This document shows, piece after piece, positions 40,249 through 53,774 of a DNA stretch of 64,000 bases. Origin of the DNA: Eledone cirrhosa (taxonomy: Eukaryota); assembly GCA_964016885.1 (NCBI GenBank), contig OZ024740.1, positions 366,916,001-366,980,000 of the forward strand. The letters are read 5' to 3'. Position 1 is the first letter of the stretch. Each line of letters begins with the position of its first letter. The notes beneath the pieces are model-generated. The model saw only the letters and a program-made list of their open reading frames with translations. It did not search any database and was not told the DNA's origin. A program made the position numbers and the translations under genes.

Positions 40249-42960
40249 ATACATGCATACATACACAACTAGTTAGGAAATTACAAGTAAAAATATGTAA
40301 AACATTCCAAAAATGTTGCATCTAATAACTGCATATACACATGTAGAGACACAAAGCGTATGCACATGCAAACACAACTCAAAACATCCACATCCACACA
40401 TACAATAACATCCATACCTGCACACACATGCTTGCATACATATCTACCTAGTTTATGTGTAAATTCCAATGAGAGAGTCTTGTAACTATGCTAGAAACCG
40501 ACTCTCTATTGGCAAATATTTGTGAAATTATAAAACCATACATACATACATACTTACATACACACATACATACATAATACATGGTGGCTGCCAACTCGTT
40601 TACGAGTACGGCAACTACTTTATATCCATGTAGGAGAACCCCTACCGATGCGCTGAACGAGTGTGACATTTTAGTCCAGCCAGCGACTTGAAAACTCTGG
40701 TACAAACACTACACTTGTGACAATTACTGACACATAGTGCTGGGCTCTTGGTACCATGTGACGACAAATGCAGAGAGAGATCTCCAGATATAAAGCAATG
40801 CCTGTGCCGTGAAGCTTTTATAGTGAGCAAAGGCACTGCACAAAGCCAGTCCCACTCTCTTAACCAAGATGATATTTACCAAAAAGTCAACATCATTGGA
40901 TACCATCAGGGCCAACGACCCGACCATGAGACAGGTTGTACTGGGATACATGTTACCAGTAGCACCAACTGGTGACCTGACATAATACATACATTCATAC
41001 ATACACACAGACACATACATACATACATGATGGTTACAAGTCGATTTCGAGTAATGCTATCTCTTCATACTTAAGCATAAACTGCACGGACGTGGCTTTT
41101 TAGTCCTGCAAGGGACTTGCATACGGCCAGTCATGCCAGGCTGTGCTAAATACCAAGCGATGCCTGTGCTTGAAGGGTTTTAAGTGAGGAAATGCATTTC
41201 ACGGAGCCAATCCCACTCTCTGAACATTGAATGCCTTTGCCCAAAACGTAGAACTGGTCTCCATCATTGGATGCAAACGAAGTCGTAGGTTTTATATCAG
41301 AGTAACCTTCTCCTAGAGAGATATCTAAAAGAAGACTAGGGGTCTCTCACTCCACTGCCACCACTCAAAAATACTTTATTGGATGGTCGTTGACTCTCCT
41401 CTGTTCCTCTGACCTTTGACAGATTTTGTTTTACATCCCACAGGGTGTCCAAAATCCCCCTCCTCAACAAGTAAGCTTGGTAGTGTTGCTGGTTTAGTCG
41501 CCGAGGATCCAACCATGCACAGGTTGTATTGGGTTACATGTTATCAATAGCGCCGAAGAGCGATAAGACATACATGCATACATACACAACTAGTTAGGAA
41601 ATTACAAGTAAAAATATGTAGAACATTCCAAAAATGTTGCATCTAATAACTGCATATACACATGTAGAGACACAAAGCGTATGCACATGCAAACACAACT
41701 CAAAACATCCACATCCACACATACAATAACATCCATACCTGCACACACATGCTTGCATACATATCTACCTAGTTTATGTGTAAATTCCAATGAGAGAGTC
41801 TTGTAACTATGCTAGAAACCGACTCTCTATTGGCAAATATTTGTGAAATTATAAAACCATACATACATACATACTTACATACATTCATACATGATGGCTG
41901 CTCCGTCGTTATCGAGTATGGCCATTGCACGATATACCATTATTAATAATTATTAATTAATTCTATTGAGCAATGCCTGTGCGTGAGGATATTTTTTAAA
42001 GTGAGGAAAGACTGTGCACTGAGCCAATCCCACTCTCTGAGCGACAGTAGCTATAACCCGAAAAGAAGAAAAGATCAACATCATCGGTAACTACTGAGCC
42101 GCAGGTTTTATATCGGAGTTATCCCAGTTTCCCGAGTTGCCTTCTAGAAGAATGCCCTGACAAAGACTAGGAGTCCTTCACTCCCAGTGGTTTAACCGCG
42201 CGATTGGGTGTCCAGCCCGACTATTTCTATGTCCCAGCGTATATACATATGTACATGTGTATATACATATTTACACACTTTTGGATTGTATATACATATT
42301 TACACACTTTTGGTTGACTCTTATGAGTTCTTCCGCCCTGCATACATACATGCATACATGCATACATACATACATACATACATACATACATACATACATA
42401 CATACATACATACATACATACATACATACATACATACATACATACATACATACAAACATGAATACATACACACTCAACCGACTTGAAATTGTTGTTTAAA
42501 AACATGCTCTGTTGAAGAAGTCAATTGCTCACTCGATGTGAATGTAGTAAAAAAACAACACACACATACAAGAGAAGTTTACCTGCGGACCTTTGATGAT
42601 GAATTTGTAAATTCAATACTGAAGATACACGTTCAGTTCCACACACCGACTATTATTGGTGATATAGGATATATACTAACCTGACCAAAGTATCACTGAA
42701 CTTGCATTCTAGGAAAAAGAACGCAGCTCCTTATTTCACAAACTAAAAAATGACCACGATACTTGGAACCTTCTAATTCTGTGAAGCTGTCTTATAAATC
42801 AAAGGATAAACGATTGCACAAGCGACGATGTAAATGTCCTATTCTTTATAACTTTGCCATCAGGAAGATGGCCAGTCAAAACTAAATTCAAAATTAAGAG
42901 AAAGAGACAAGCATACATTTATACATGCATATATGAATGCATACATACATACATACATAC

Positions 42961-43567
42961 ATGGTGGCTGCCAACTCGTTTTCGAGTATGGCCACTACTT
43001 TATATCCATGTAGGAGAACTCCTACCGATGCGCTGAACGAATGTGACTTTAGTCCAGCCAGTGACTTGAAAACTCTGGTACAAACACTACACTTGTGACA
43101 ATTATTGACACATAGTGCTAGGCCCATGGTACCATGTGACGACAAGTGCAGAGAGATCTCCAGATATAAAGCAATGCCTGTGCCGTGAAGCTTTTATAGT
43201 GAGCAAAGGCACTGCACAAAGCCAGTCCCACTCTCTTAACCAAGATGATATTTACCAAAAAGAAGAACAAGACAACATCATTGGATACCATCAGAGTTGC
43301 AGGTGTTATATCAGAGTTTTCCTTCTCCTAGAATTCTGCCTTGACAAAGGCTAAGGGGTCATCTCTCCCGGTGATTTTGGATGGCCATTGACTCTTAAGA
43401 GCTCCTTTGCCCTTTGACAGGTTTTGTTTTTAGTCCTGCATGATGTCCAAAGTCACCCTCCTCACCAAGAAACCTTGGTGGGGTTGCCAGTTTAGTCGCC
43501 AACGACCCGACCATGGGACAGGTTGTACTGGAATACATGTTACCAGTAGCACCAAGTGGTGACCTGA
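42961..43567 (-). mobile_element. Full-length non-autonomous bipartite RTE element in (ATAC)n
   Basis: Highly similar to 62159-62767; RTE-like 5' UTR joined to the zinc-finger-coding 3' end. Confidence 0.88.
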
Positions 43568-44128
43568 TACATACATACATACATACATACATACATACAT
43601 ACATACATACATACATACATACACAGTTAGATACATACATGCATACATACAAACATACATACAAACATAGATACATACTAACATACATACATGCCTGGGT
43701 ACACATTAGCTGATTCCACAAGCTGTAGTAACTAAGATAGAACGAAGTTATGCTGCTATTTCTCTTCACAGTCACAGATTATCTTTATGGCTATTTCGTA
43801 CGACTTTACAGTCGTATTTTGATTTTATTTTCGTTTTATTTTTGTTTCATTATACCTTCTGTCTGTTTGTCTCTCCCTCACACTTTCTGTTTAACCTTCT
43901 CTGTGTCTCTCTTTTTACACACACACCCGCTCCTATATCTTTCAACATTAAGACACAAGCCGTTGAATCAGTAGTCTAAAACTGGTTAAGATTAGCACTA
44001 TTTATCTAGTTAACTGTAAATGGTATTTTGGTTCCTCAGAATATATATTACATTGCCCACTTCTAAAATTAGACAGTTAAGATATACGATCTTGCTAACT
44101 ACAAAGAACAACAACACAAATAAATAAG

Positions 44129-44159
<31 letters not shown>

Positions 44160-44325
44160 ACGGAATAAAATAGAAAATGTCTGTAGTTGCTACTCACTTT
44201 TTGCTGCTCATACAATATTTAACCTATTAATGTTAGTGGAAATAGTTTGATAAATTCTTCTTCGACTAGAAGTACATGCTAGTAGAAAAGACAACAATAT
44301 ATTATTGTTACTATTAGACCCTACT

Positions 44326-44735
44326 GGGCGGTGGATTGGCAGTATTAGTAGAGCGTCGGACAACATACTTTGCAGCATATAGTTTCCTTCCTTTACGTTC
44401 TGAGTTCAAATCCCACCGACTTTAGCTTTTCCTTACGGGGTCGAATAAATAAAGTGACACACTGGGGTAGATTTAATCGACTTTCTCCTGCTCTCTAATT
44501 GTTGACCATGTGTCTAAATCAGTAACGATTATTATTCTGGGTGGTGGATTGGCAATATCAGTTGAGTGGTGGACAAATGTTCTTTATGTCCTGAGTACAA
44601 TTCCTACCGAGATGAACTTTGTTTTCACCTTTACAAAAGCGATAAAATATACTTCCAGTTAAGTACTGAGATCGAAATGATAGATTTTCCTTCCACCTAA
44701 ATTGCGGACCTTGTGCCAAAATTAAAAATCATTAT
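44326..44735 (+). mobile_element. Two SINE family A copies in tandem (44326-44535, 44538-44735)
   Basis: Each begins CTGGG(C/T)GGTGGATTGGCA and ends in ATTATT. Confidence 0.8.
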
Positions 44736-44884
44736 TGCACGCTAGTGGCAATAATAAAAAATAGATCGAAAGACTCATTAGATTGCAGGACATTATTTAT
44801 GTGGTATTTAATTACAGCCTTTCACGCCATAAGTTCATCTCGCTGTGATCAAATCTGAAGGTCGATAAAATAAAGTACCAAGCA

Positions 44885-46380
44885 AGCAGGTGAGAAAGAA
44901 GCTGAATGCAGAGGACTGTATTGATAATCTTTAGCTCACAACTCTGCTAAACGCAGATTTTAAGATTTTGCCTACTGTGCTAGCAAGGGGTTGTCTGCAA
45001 ATATCGGTATTCTGTTTGATGATACGCAGACATTCGCCACCTCGCACTGATCTATCTACGACCACTTTTACTACATGCGATACATCGTAAAGAGGATGGG
45101 TAAAAAACCTGACACGTGGGAGACCCTAATCAATTTAGATCAATAGAAAGCCTTCGATTGTATCAACCATCAATACTTGGCCCCTGATTCATTTTGGTCG
45201 GTTTTGGTATCATATTCAGGGACAGGAATCCAATGGCCACTATTGGAACTCTTCAGAATCATGGTTCATTCCTCCAGGTTTGCCCTCTCCCGTCTCTTCT
45301 GTACGCACTGACTATAAAACCTTCACTAAAGAAACTAAGGACATTAAGGTGCATCCTCCTTGAACGAGGATGCAAAACTTGTGTGGGCATATACGGAAGA
45401 CATTTATGACACCAAGCACGGCTCTAATGAGGAGCCAGAAGTAAACAGGAAAAAACTTGCAGAGGCAAGTTCATGCCGTCTAACAGATCAGTTAACTAGG
45501 TTTGATCCAGATCTTGAGGTGGACAAGAACTGGAATCAGGTGAAGAGCAAGATGGTCATTCTCACCCCAAGCGTAGAGCAGACGTGGCGAACAACTATAT
45601 CGCATTCGCAATCCATTACCCAGTGGAATGGAGCATCTGATCTTTCGCTTTTTAAGGACAGCACGCATTTCGCTGATTAACACATATTGCGTGGATGACT
45701 AGGTATACCATGGGAGATGAAGCGCAAGCATGCTTTGAGGCTATGACATTTACCGCGCTTTCCTGACGGTGAATAGATTTAGATGTCGTTTGTAACAAAT
45801 ATGCAGTTCTGGTCGAGCAAGGACCAAGACAGGACATTTGATATTCTGCCAGCTGAGTAATCCGGTAAACGGAAGTTAATCGTTGGCGTCTATAGAGAAA
45901 TAGTGACGGAGGAAAAGCGACGCCGTTCTCGAAGAAACTGGACATCAACGAAAGTCAATTGGTTAGTTTACTCCGGAGGACATTCGATCCAGGCCTGGCT
46001 GAGCTACTGGATTGCATTGCTTACTGAATATCAACTTTACAAGCGAGGAAGTGCAGTAAGCCGTGTCTGTCGGTGATGCGAGTAAGATGACAAAAGCGTT
46101 CTACACGCATTCGTTCAGTGCCTGAGCATTGTAGACTTGTGGAGCAATGTCAAACTGTTGCTATCACATGTAGGGCGGATTCGGCTATACATTAAGTCCG
46201 TTGTAAAGATCGCTCTATCGCTATCCTTCGGTCGAGAAGGCCAGTAATTTTCATCTGTGTCACGTCGAAAAACGTTTTTTGTGATGAGGATTGAAAGGGC
46301 ATTTGAAGTTTTATATGTAAAGGAAATTGAAGGTGGAGAGGGAAATGAACCGTAGATTGAAGGAGCAAAATTGGAAAAAA
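44885..46380 (+). pseudogene. Decayed Tx1 ORF2 (RT to C-terminus) related to the intact copy
   Basis: TLLNADFKIL, LINLDQ*KAFD, QVCPLPSLLYALTIKP, FDPDLEVDKNWNQV; many frameshifts. Confidence 0.85.
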
Positions 46381-47927
46381 GGCACTTGCTTTAATGGTTA
46401 AAGTGACCATGGGTTTTGTGTGTTTTTCACGAGAAGCCTTCAGAACTCTTCTTCTTCTTCTTCTTCTTCTTCTTCTTCGTGACGACTCGATAAATTATGA
46501 ATGTTGTATCGATTTCATCTCACTTCACATTAGTGAAGACCCATATAATAAAACTCTCATTTAATATTCATCGAACAAATATTTGGCTTCATGTTTGTCT
46601 AAAGAATTAATTTTTTCTGATGCACTCATAGTCTCTCCTTGGTTCGTTTGACATGATTATAGCAAACTGCAGCGTCGGCTAAAAAGCATTTGCCAAATCA
46701 TAGTGACGTCACTTCTCGATGAAGAGTCAAAATTCAGACTTGATGGAGACACATGGCTATGCCTTTTATTTCGGACTACATTGCACAATGTATCGCTCAA
46801 GATTTGACAAAGATTTGGCTGCTTAATTCTACGACGTTTAGTGTCCACATAATGGCTCTATTTTGGGCAGATTGCGTTTCTCGCGACGTAAAGTCATTGG
46901 TTTTTACATAGTTTAAGATTTCTTTCCCAACCATATATGGTTATTCAATTAAACCAATAGGTGGAAGATGGTAGAGCTGACCGAATGCTTGAAAAATACT
47001 TTGCCGCCTTAAAATTGTACCTCTGTACGTTCTCTGTTTAACTCCTATTGATATCAACTTTATCTTATTTTTACCTCTCGATGGTTTGTAAAAAATAGCA
47101 ATAAAATTGTGTTTCGATTAAATTAAATGTTTACTTCTGAAATCTGTAAGAAATCAAAGTGGAACTTACCGTATGGGTTTCGAACGTATTCACCTAATAA
47201 AGCACTCAAGTTAACTCTGGTCGCGCAATATTATGGTACGCGGGCAGTCGATTCGCATATCATATTTTCTATATCGACATTCCATCGTTTGATCAACTTT
47301 CTATATGTAACCATTTCGTCTGTTTATTTTTTTTATAAAGTGTACTTAGAACTACACTGTCCCATGTGTCTTTGGTTATCATTTATCAAATCATTTTTAA
47401 TACATATAAAATAATTTTAAATTCAATTTCCACGCAAATATTATCTGCTACTCAGTCACAAAACACCTAACCAATTATTTAATAAATCCGTTCTTATTTA
47501 CATATTTACGGTCCACTGTACGTCAGAAGCGATCTCTGTGTTTATTTTTATCATATTTGAAATTTCAAAAACATTTTTAAATGGTGACGTAGGTTCACCT
47601 AATAGTCTGTATTATATTTTAATATGAATAAAAGAAAGAAAAAGTTGAAACGTAAATTAAACAAGCAGATGAGAAAAAAATGTAATATGACTTTACTGAC
47701 TAATTAAAATCAATTTTATAACTTTTAGTATTACATTATTCAAAGTTCAATATTAAATTATTTACGATCTAAGAGCTTAATATTTTCGTTTATAAATTAT
47801 TTTTAAAATGTTTATATTTTCGTTTCTGATCTTTATTCGATTAATATATTTCTACGTATTTGTTTAAACCAGTCTCTCTCAAAGTATTTCATTTTCCAAC
47901 ACAAACCCAACACAACACAACACACAA

Positions 47928-48020
47928 AAAAGAAAAAGAAAAGAAAAGAAAAGAAAAGAAAAGAAAAGAAAAGAAAAGAAAAGAAAAGAAAAGAAAAGAA
48001 AAGAAAAGAAAAGAAAAGAA
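47928..48020. repeat. (AAAAG)n microsatellite
   Basis: Read directly from the sequence. Confidence 0.97.
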
Positions 48021-48619
48021 GTTAAGTCTGTAGCCCGAAATGGTTGTGATTATATGCTGTTAGCGCTTTGTGTCGTGCTCGTGTCCAAAACACTCAACGT
48101 GGTAGTAATTCACACTGGTATAGGTATCTGGAGCACTGCATGAGTGACGAATGTTTCATTTACTCACAAGTTCAAGGTTTCTGTATTTATAGATTCTATA
48201 ATGGTCGTTATACTCTGTACACGCTACATGCAGTCAGACCTCCTAAAAACAGTATGATAAGGAGCTACATGGATACAGTTCTCTTCTTAACTAACCAAAC
48301 AAATTATAAACTCACCATCAGCTATTTTAACGTATATATTTCAAACATTTTTATAAATTGCCTTAAAAAATTGCTATTCGTTTCCTATAATTAATTTTAT
48401 CAAATTTTAATTACATTAAAGAATATTTCTTGTTTAAACAGCTTAACAATTTTGCAATAATAAATACAGTGGTAAGTTTAAAAATAATATTGCTCTCGCT
48501 GTTAATTTTGTCTTAGTAAATGCAAAGCAAAGGCTAAAAGTAATATGTTCTCGTTTAACTAATACTTGATTCGGTGTTTATTTTACTGACCTCCTAAGAG
48601 ATAAGATTCTCTCAAAATT

Positions 48620-49480
48620 CTTATCTCTCGATGCAGAGAAATAGCGGTTCTAGCTGGAGCGACACCCAGATCTCCGAGCTACGCACTATATCGAGTAATA
48701 TTCCTCCAAAGACTCTTCGGAGGAACCCCATTTCAACTGCTTGTATTCCTGATCGTATTCCTTCGATTATTACCCCCAGAAAAATGGCCATAGGTAAAGG
48801 TAGGCACGAATACCGAATTGGAGATATCGAATTTAGCCTTTGAATATACTTCTTCTTGTGAGCGCGTGCTGAAGCTGGTGCAGGATTGCACCAGCTCTTG
48901 CAATTCTTGCATTTACTTCAGCCTCCTGCCTTTCAACACTCGTGAACATGGCTCCGAGATATTTGAATCTCTTCACATACTTCAGTGTAACTCCTTTCAG
49001 ACGCAGAGAGCACTTCGCGAACTTCCTTCAGAGGACAAATGTCTCAATCTTTGTATCTCTGATTTTTATTTCTGCTTTACATAAAACCTATCCAGTGCAT
49101 GTCGGAGATCACCTTTCAACGTGTTAAGGAGCGCCATTTTTTCCAAATATCAGCGTCTGATCCCACACTCGCCGGTTTGGATATCACTTCAAACCCGGCT
49201 GTGTGTGTCAATCTTTTTCATGGACCTTATGAATAGGTAAGGTGACAAAACATCCCCCTTAGCAAGGTCTAATACACACATTAAATGGTTTCAACTTAAC
49301 ACAATTTATTCGAACACAAAAACTAAGGTATTCGTATAGGGACAAGGCAAGAGGCTGCCCATCGATTCCATATTCGAGCCTTCTAGAGCCTTATAGAACA
49401 AGTCCAATGGAACGAGGTCCTATGCCTTTTTGAGGTAAAAAAGAAAACATAAGCCTCATGGTAATACTCCCATAAATCAA
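48620..49480 (-). pseudogene. Decayed LINE RT fragment (RTE-like)
   Basis: Minus-strand traces YLKKA*DLVP, KGDVLSP, KDSNISEP. Confidence 0.5.
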
Positions 49481-51673
49481 TCGTAGTTATCGTTGTTCGG
49501 AACCAGCACACGGAGTGATCGATTCAATGCTGAATGTTAAGCGGAATGAATTTGTTGACTCAGTGTTGAGATTATTAATTTTATTTCGAAAAAGCTTTCT
49601 CCAATTCATAGACGAGATGTATAATTAGAACAGAGAATAAGAACAATAAATAACTAGGGAAAAAACATTTGTCAGGAGCGTTAGCATTTTCCGTTGCACC
49701 TGGGTGTGTATATGATTAACTGTATGACTGCACATTTACAATGTTGTAGCTTGAAAACAATTAAGAATAGTTTGAAACCTCCGTACTCGACAAATTCTAA
49801 GAAGTAATATATACATGTTGAAATAGAAATAGAAGCTATAAGTATTCTTCCATTCAGCCTCTCATTCTTCATTTATTGTTTGATTCTCTCCTACTGTGTT
49901 ATGAAATATAAAAATACTCATCTGAAGCCATTATAAATGACGTTAAAGAAGAGGCAAATAATTGGTGAAGTCATTGGAGCTTCAGTTAGAATATCTAGAG
50001 ATTTTTGTTCTAGCACGCCGTGTTGTGAACTTAAGTCTCTGAGGGTAATTTTGCCATTCTCTCTTTTAAGAGTCGATAAATTGGACATTGAGCGTGGTAC
50101 GTTGCAGTATCTAATCTGACTTTTGTGTTTAGAAGACAGATCATGTGATGCCATTCATTTTCAATCTATATTAGCCAGTGCTTTTACCTTGAACAACAAT
50201 AGTATCGGTGAGGAGACTTGCATGTTTAAGTAACGGCTTTTCATCTGTAAAAGATCTTGTTAGACCTACGTCATGGCAAAGAACATTTCAATCGCACATC
50301 TATGATTTCACAAGACGCCCCAAGGTCCCAGAATAATAAAAAACTGGCGATATATAACCTAACTGAAAACTAAACATCAAATGTATTGATTTCACCAGTC
50401 TCGGGGGTCCTGAAACGTTTGTCCTCCTTTCCCGTCTTTTATCTTATATAATAGAAGTCAATAATATAGCTTTCTTTTTTAATGTTTTCAATTGGTATGT
50501 TTCTATATTTATGGAAATGTTTTGTCCATTAGCTGAACACATCGGTGTTCTGGGAATATCTATGAATTAACAGAACTTCAAATTTTTGAGTTGAAAATGA
50601 CAATGGCCTATAAAAGCTTGGCTGTTTTTTGTTTTCTTTCTTCCACTTTTTGTTCTTTTGAAACAGATCTTATGCTTAGTGATAGTAATTATATATTAAA
50701 TTATCCCATATTGTCGTCTACACGAAAGGAAAAATTCTACTTATTTTCTGATAATTGGTTGTGTTACATTCTATTTTCTGATATTTTAATTTTAATTCTC
50801 AATTCTTTTATCTGTTCTTTAGTTGTTTGTTTCTATTTCAAGAACTTATATTGCTTTATTGCTTATTTCACATTTTTCTTTCGATGGCATGTTCTCTGTA
50901 GTTATGAAACGTAATGTTCATGTCTATGAGGATAGGTTGTAATTGAGTGAGATTTGGCTACTATTTTTAGCAGGCTGAGCAACCGCTGTGTGGCTCCTCC
51001 ATTTATTCTTAATGGTATTAATTATTGTGCATCTAGTTTAGCCTTGACCGGGCAGTTTTATGAATGAACATAAACATTTGTTTTAGACATAATATACCGA
51101 GGACTAAACTATCCAGTATGTCTTTGTGAATTGAGGAAGATTTAACAGTTATTTCGAGCAGATTGGATGACAACATAGAACTTTCCTTTGTTTACTCAGG
51201 GTCTGATTAGGCCTGACATCTGGCGTCGATATTAACAGTTGTTTCTTTATGATTTACTTATCGTCTTCAACCATCTAGTTGTCATTTTCAATATTTTTCA
51301 TGTAATTGTTTCAGAAAACGCTAATCTTGTGCTTTCACCGCAAGGCTTTCAATGTCAACTTCTCAAACTGAGCTTCTTCGGAGTTAATGAAGGGAATGTA
51401 GGTGGTCAAAGTTGGCATTTCCGACGCTAATGTATTGTTGATAGAGCAGAGGTCTTACTGCCATTTTGTAGAGCATAAACTTCTCAAGTGCTTCTTTAAA
51501 CCCTAACCGTTCTTCTAAGGATTCGTTTTGTTTTTCTTGTTTTTCTCCTATCGCAGATTTGTTGCTGAAATTGTCAGCTTACTTGCAGATAGATAAGAAT
51601 GTTCCAGAGTTTTTGTTATCTTTCTAAATTATTTGTATAATACTACTGCTATACATATATATATATATTTACT

Positions 51674-51778
<105 letters not shown>

Positions 51779-51805
51779 GTCTATATATCTATATATATAT
51801 ATATA

Positions 51806-51842
<37 letters not shown>

Positions 51843-52748
51843 TTGTGTATAATGGTAGCTATGGTGCTTCCATAGGCGGTATGCCAAAATTAGCACTCAA
51901 TATTCAGCAGAGTAGAGTGTATATAGTATAAAGAAACGAAAAATCAGTGATGCATCTGGACTCAATTTATTGCGTGTCACAATTGTTTCGCCGGCAGGTA
52001 GCTCGAGACATGGTCCCTGTATGGATCTGGTTGATTCTACGGCTGCAGGTTCCTTCAGACACGGGTAGTTCGTTCGGAGCAAATTTTATCACTGTTATCA
52101 TAAAAAAACAGCCTAAAAAAACCTCTTCCACTCTTGTCATGCCATTGGCTGTTGTTACTCCACGTCATCTTAAGTACTGGTCACTATTTACCGCCACACT
52201 GTCATCAGCAATTTTCCCTCCGACACACTTCAATGGAGTCATGCTGGGTTCAGTATCTCAGACGTCTGTTCACACTCCAGAGCAAGCACCCACACATACG
52301 AATAAACACACACATATACACACACAGACAGACACAGACACATGCGTGCATACACACACACACGCACACATGCATAGACACATGCACCCCCCCCATATAT
52401 ATATATATACATGTATGTATACACACACACGCTCGCCCTCACTTACACAGACCCAGGCACACCCACTTCTAGATACAGACCGCCACAAGCCTTTTAACGG
52501 CTGCTTAAGTCGCGCCATATATCCGGTCCGACAAGCACGGCCCACGTAAACATACACATATACACACATACACACACTTACGCGCGCACACCTACGCACA
52601 GCCTTATATACATATATACACTCATACACACACACATATATATACATACACACACTCACACACACACATATATATATATATATATACATATACACACATG
52701 CACACACATACATACAAAATACACATACGTACACAAAATTACATACAC

Positions 52749-52797
<49 letters not shown>

Positions 52798-53061
52798 CAA
52801 AAAAACACTAGATGCATACGCATACCCACACACATACATACATATATACATGCAGACATATATACATCTACATATACATACGCACACGGACTTCCACATG
52901 CAGACACCTGCACAAATGCATATTTGCTTACACACACATGTTTCCACATATACATATATAAACAAAACCGTAAAAATACATTATATAATAAAAAACACAA
53001 CATACCATAAAATAACGGTAAAATAACATAACATAAAATATCAATATAGTATACATTATAA

Positions 53062-53120
<59 letters not shown>

Positions 53121-53669
53121 GTACACACATGCATACATACATATACGGATATATACAATGGAAATATGATAAAATAATAAAAATAATAGTAATAAAATGG
53201 ATATATACTCCATATATAATCATCCGTACACATTCTCGTGAGATGTACATAAACATATACATGTAAACACAAATACACATATACATATATAGAGGCCCAC
53301 ATATGCACATCGGCCGGGCGCACCGAAAACGATAAACGGAAAAAATGACGATAGCTAATAAGCTTGAAACTAGTACATCGTTCCTTTCTCAGTGTTGAAA
53401 AAAAGACCAACTGTACGGCTTAATTCAGGATGTTTGTTTACAAACACGCCGAGCATTATAATAAATGTTCGGTAAATCCATACGTACATATATATATATG
53501 TGCATGTATGTATATATATATATACATACTACAGTACGTCTGTATACATATATGTATGTACGTATACTTATATATATATATATAACCGAGGAGTTGTGGT
53601 AAGGAACCAGATGTACCATAACGCACCAGGGTACTCAATACTTAGGATAGTAGAGTGGGTAATAGGAGC

Positions 53670-53774
53670 AAGTATGACCCCGACGGCAGAAGTCAAGCCG
53701 TTTCGACGGCTATTTCTGGATAGTCCAGAAATAGCCGTCGAAATGGCTTGAGCTCTGCCGTCGGGGTCATACTT
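53670..53774. repeat. 51-bp-arm foldback (3-nt loop) made of two opposed 3' halves of hammerhead H5
   Basis: AAGTATGACCCCGACGGCAG...TTTCTGGA-TAG-TCCAGAAATAGCCGTC-GAAA-TGGC(TTGAGCTCT)GCCG-TC-GGGGTCATACTT. Confidence 0.88.

Larger units (their letters stand above)
39240..41881. repeat. 1321-bp near-identical tandem duplication (39240-40560, 40561-41881)
   Basis: Track ORFs recur at +1321; only a few substitutions seen; breakpoints lie in (ATAC)n. Confidence 0.95.

Noticed and set aside
51947-52549. 200-aa ORF
   Set aside because: Second half is CA-repeat translation; no domain or splice support.
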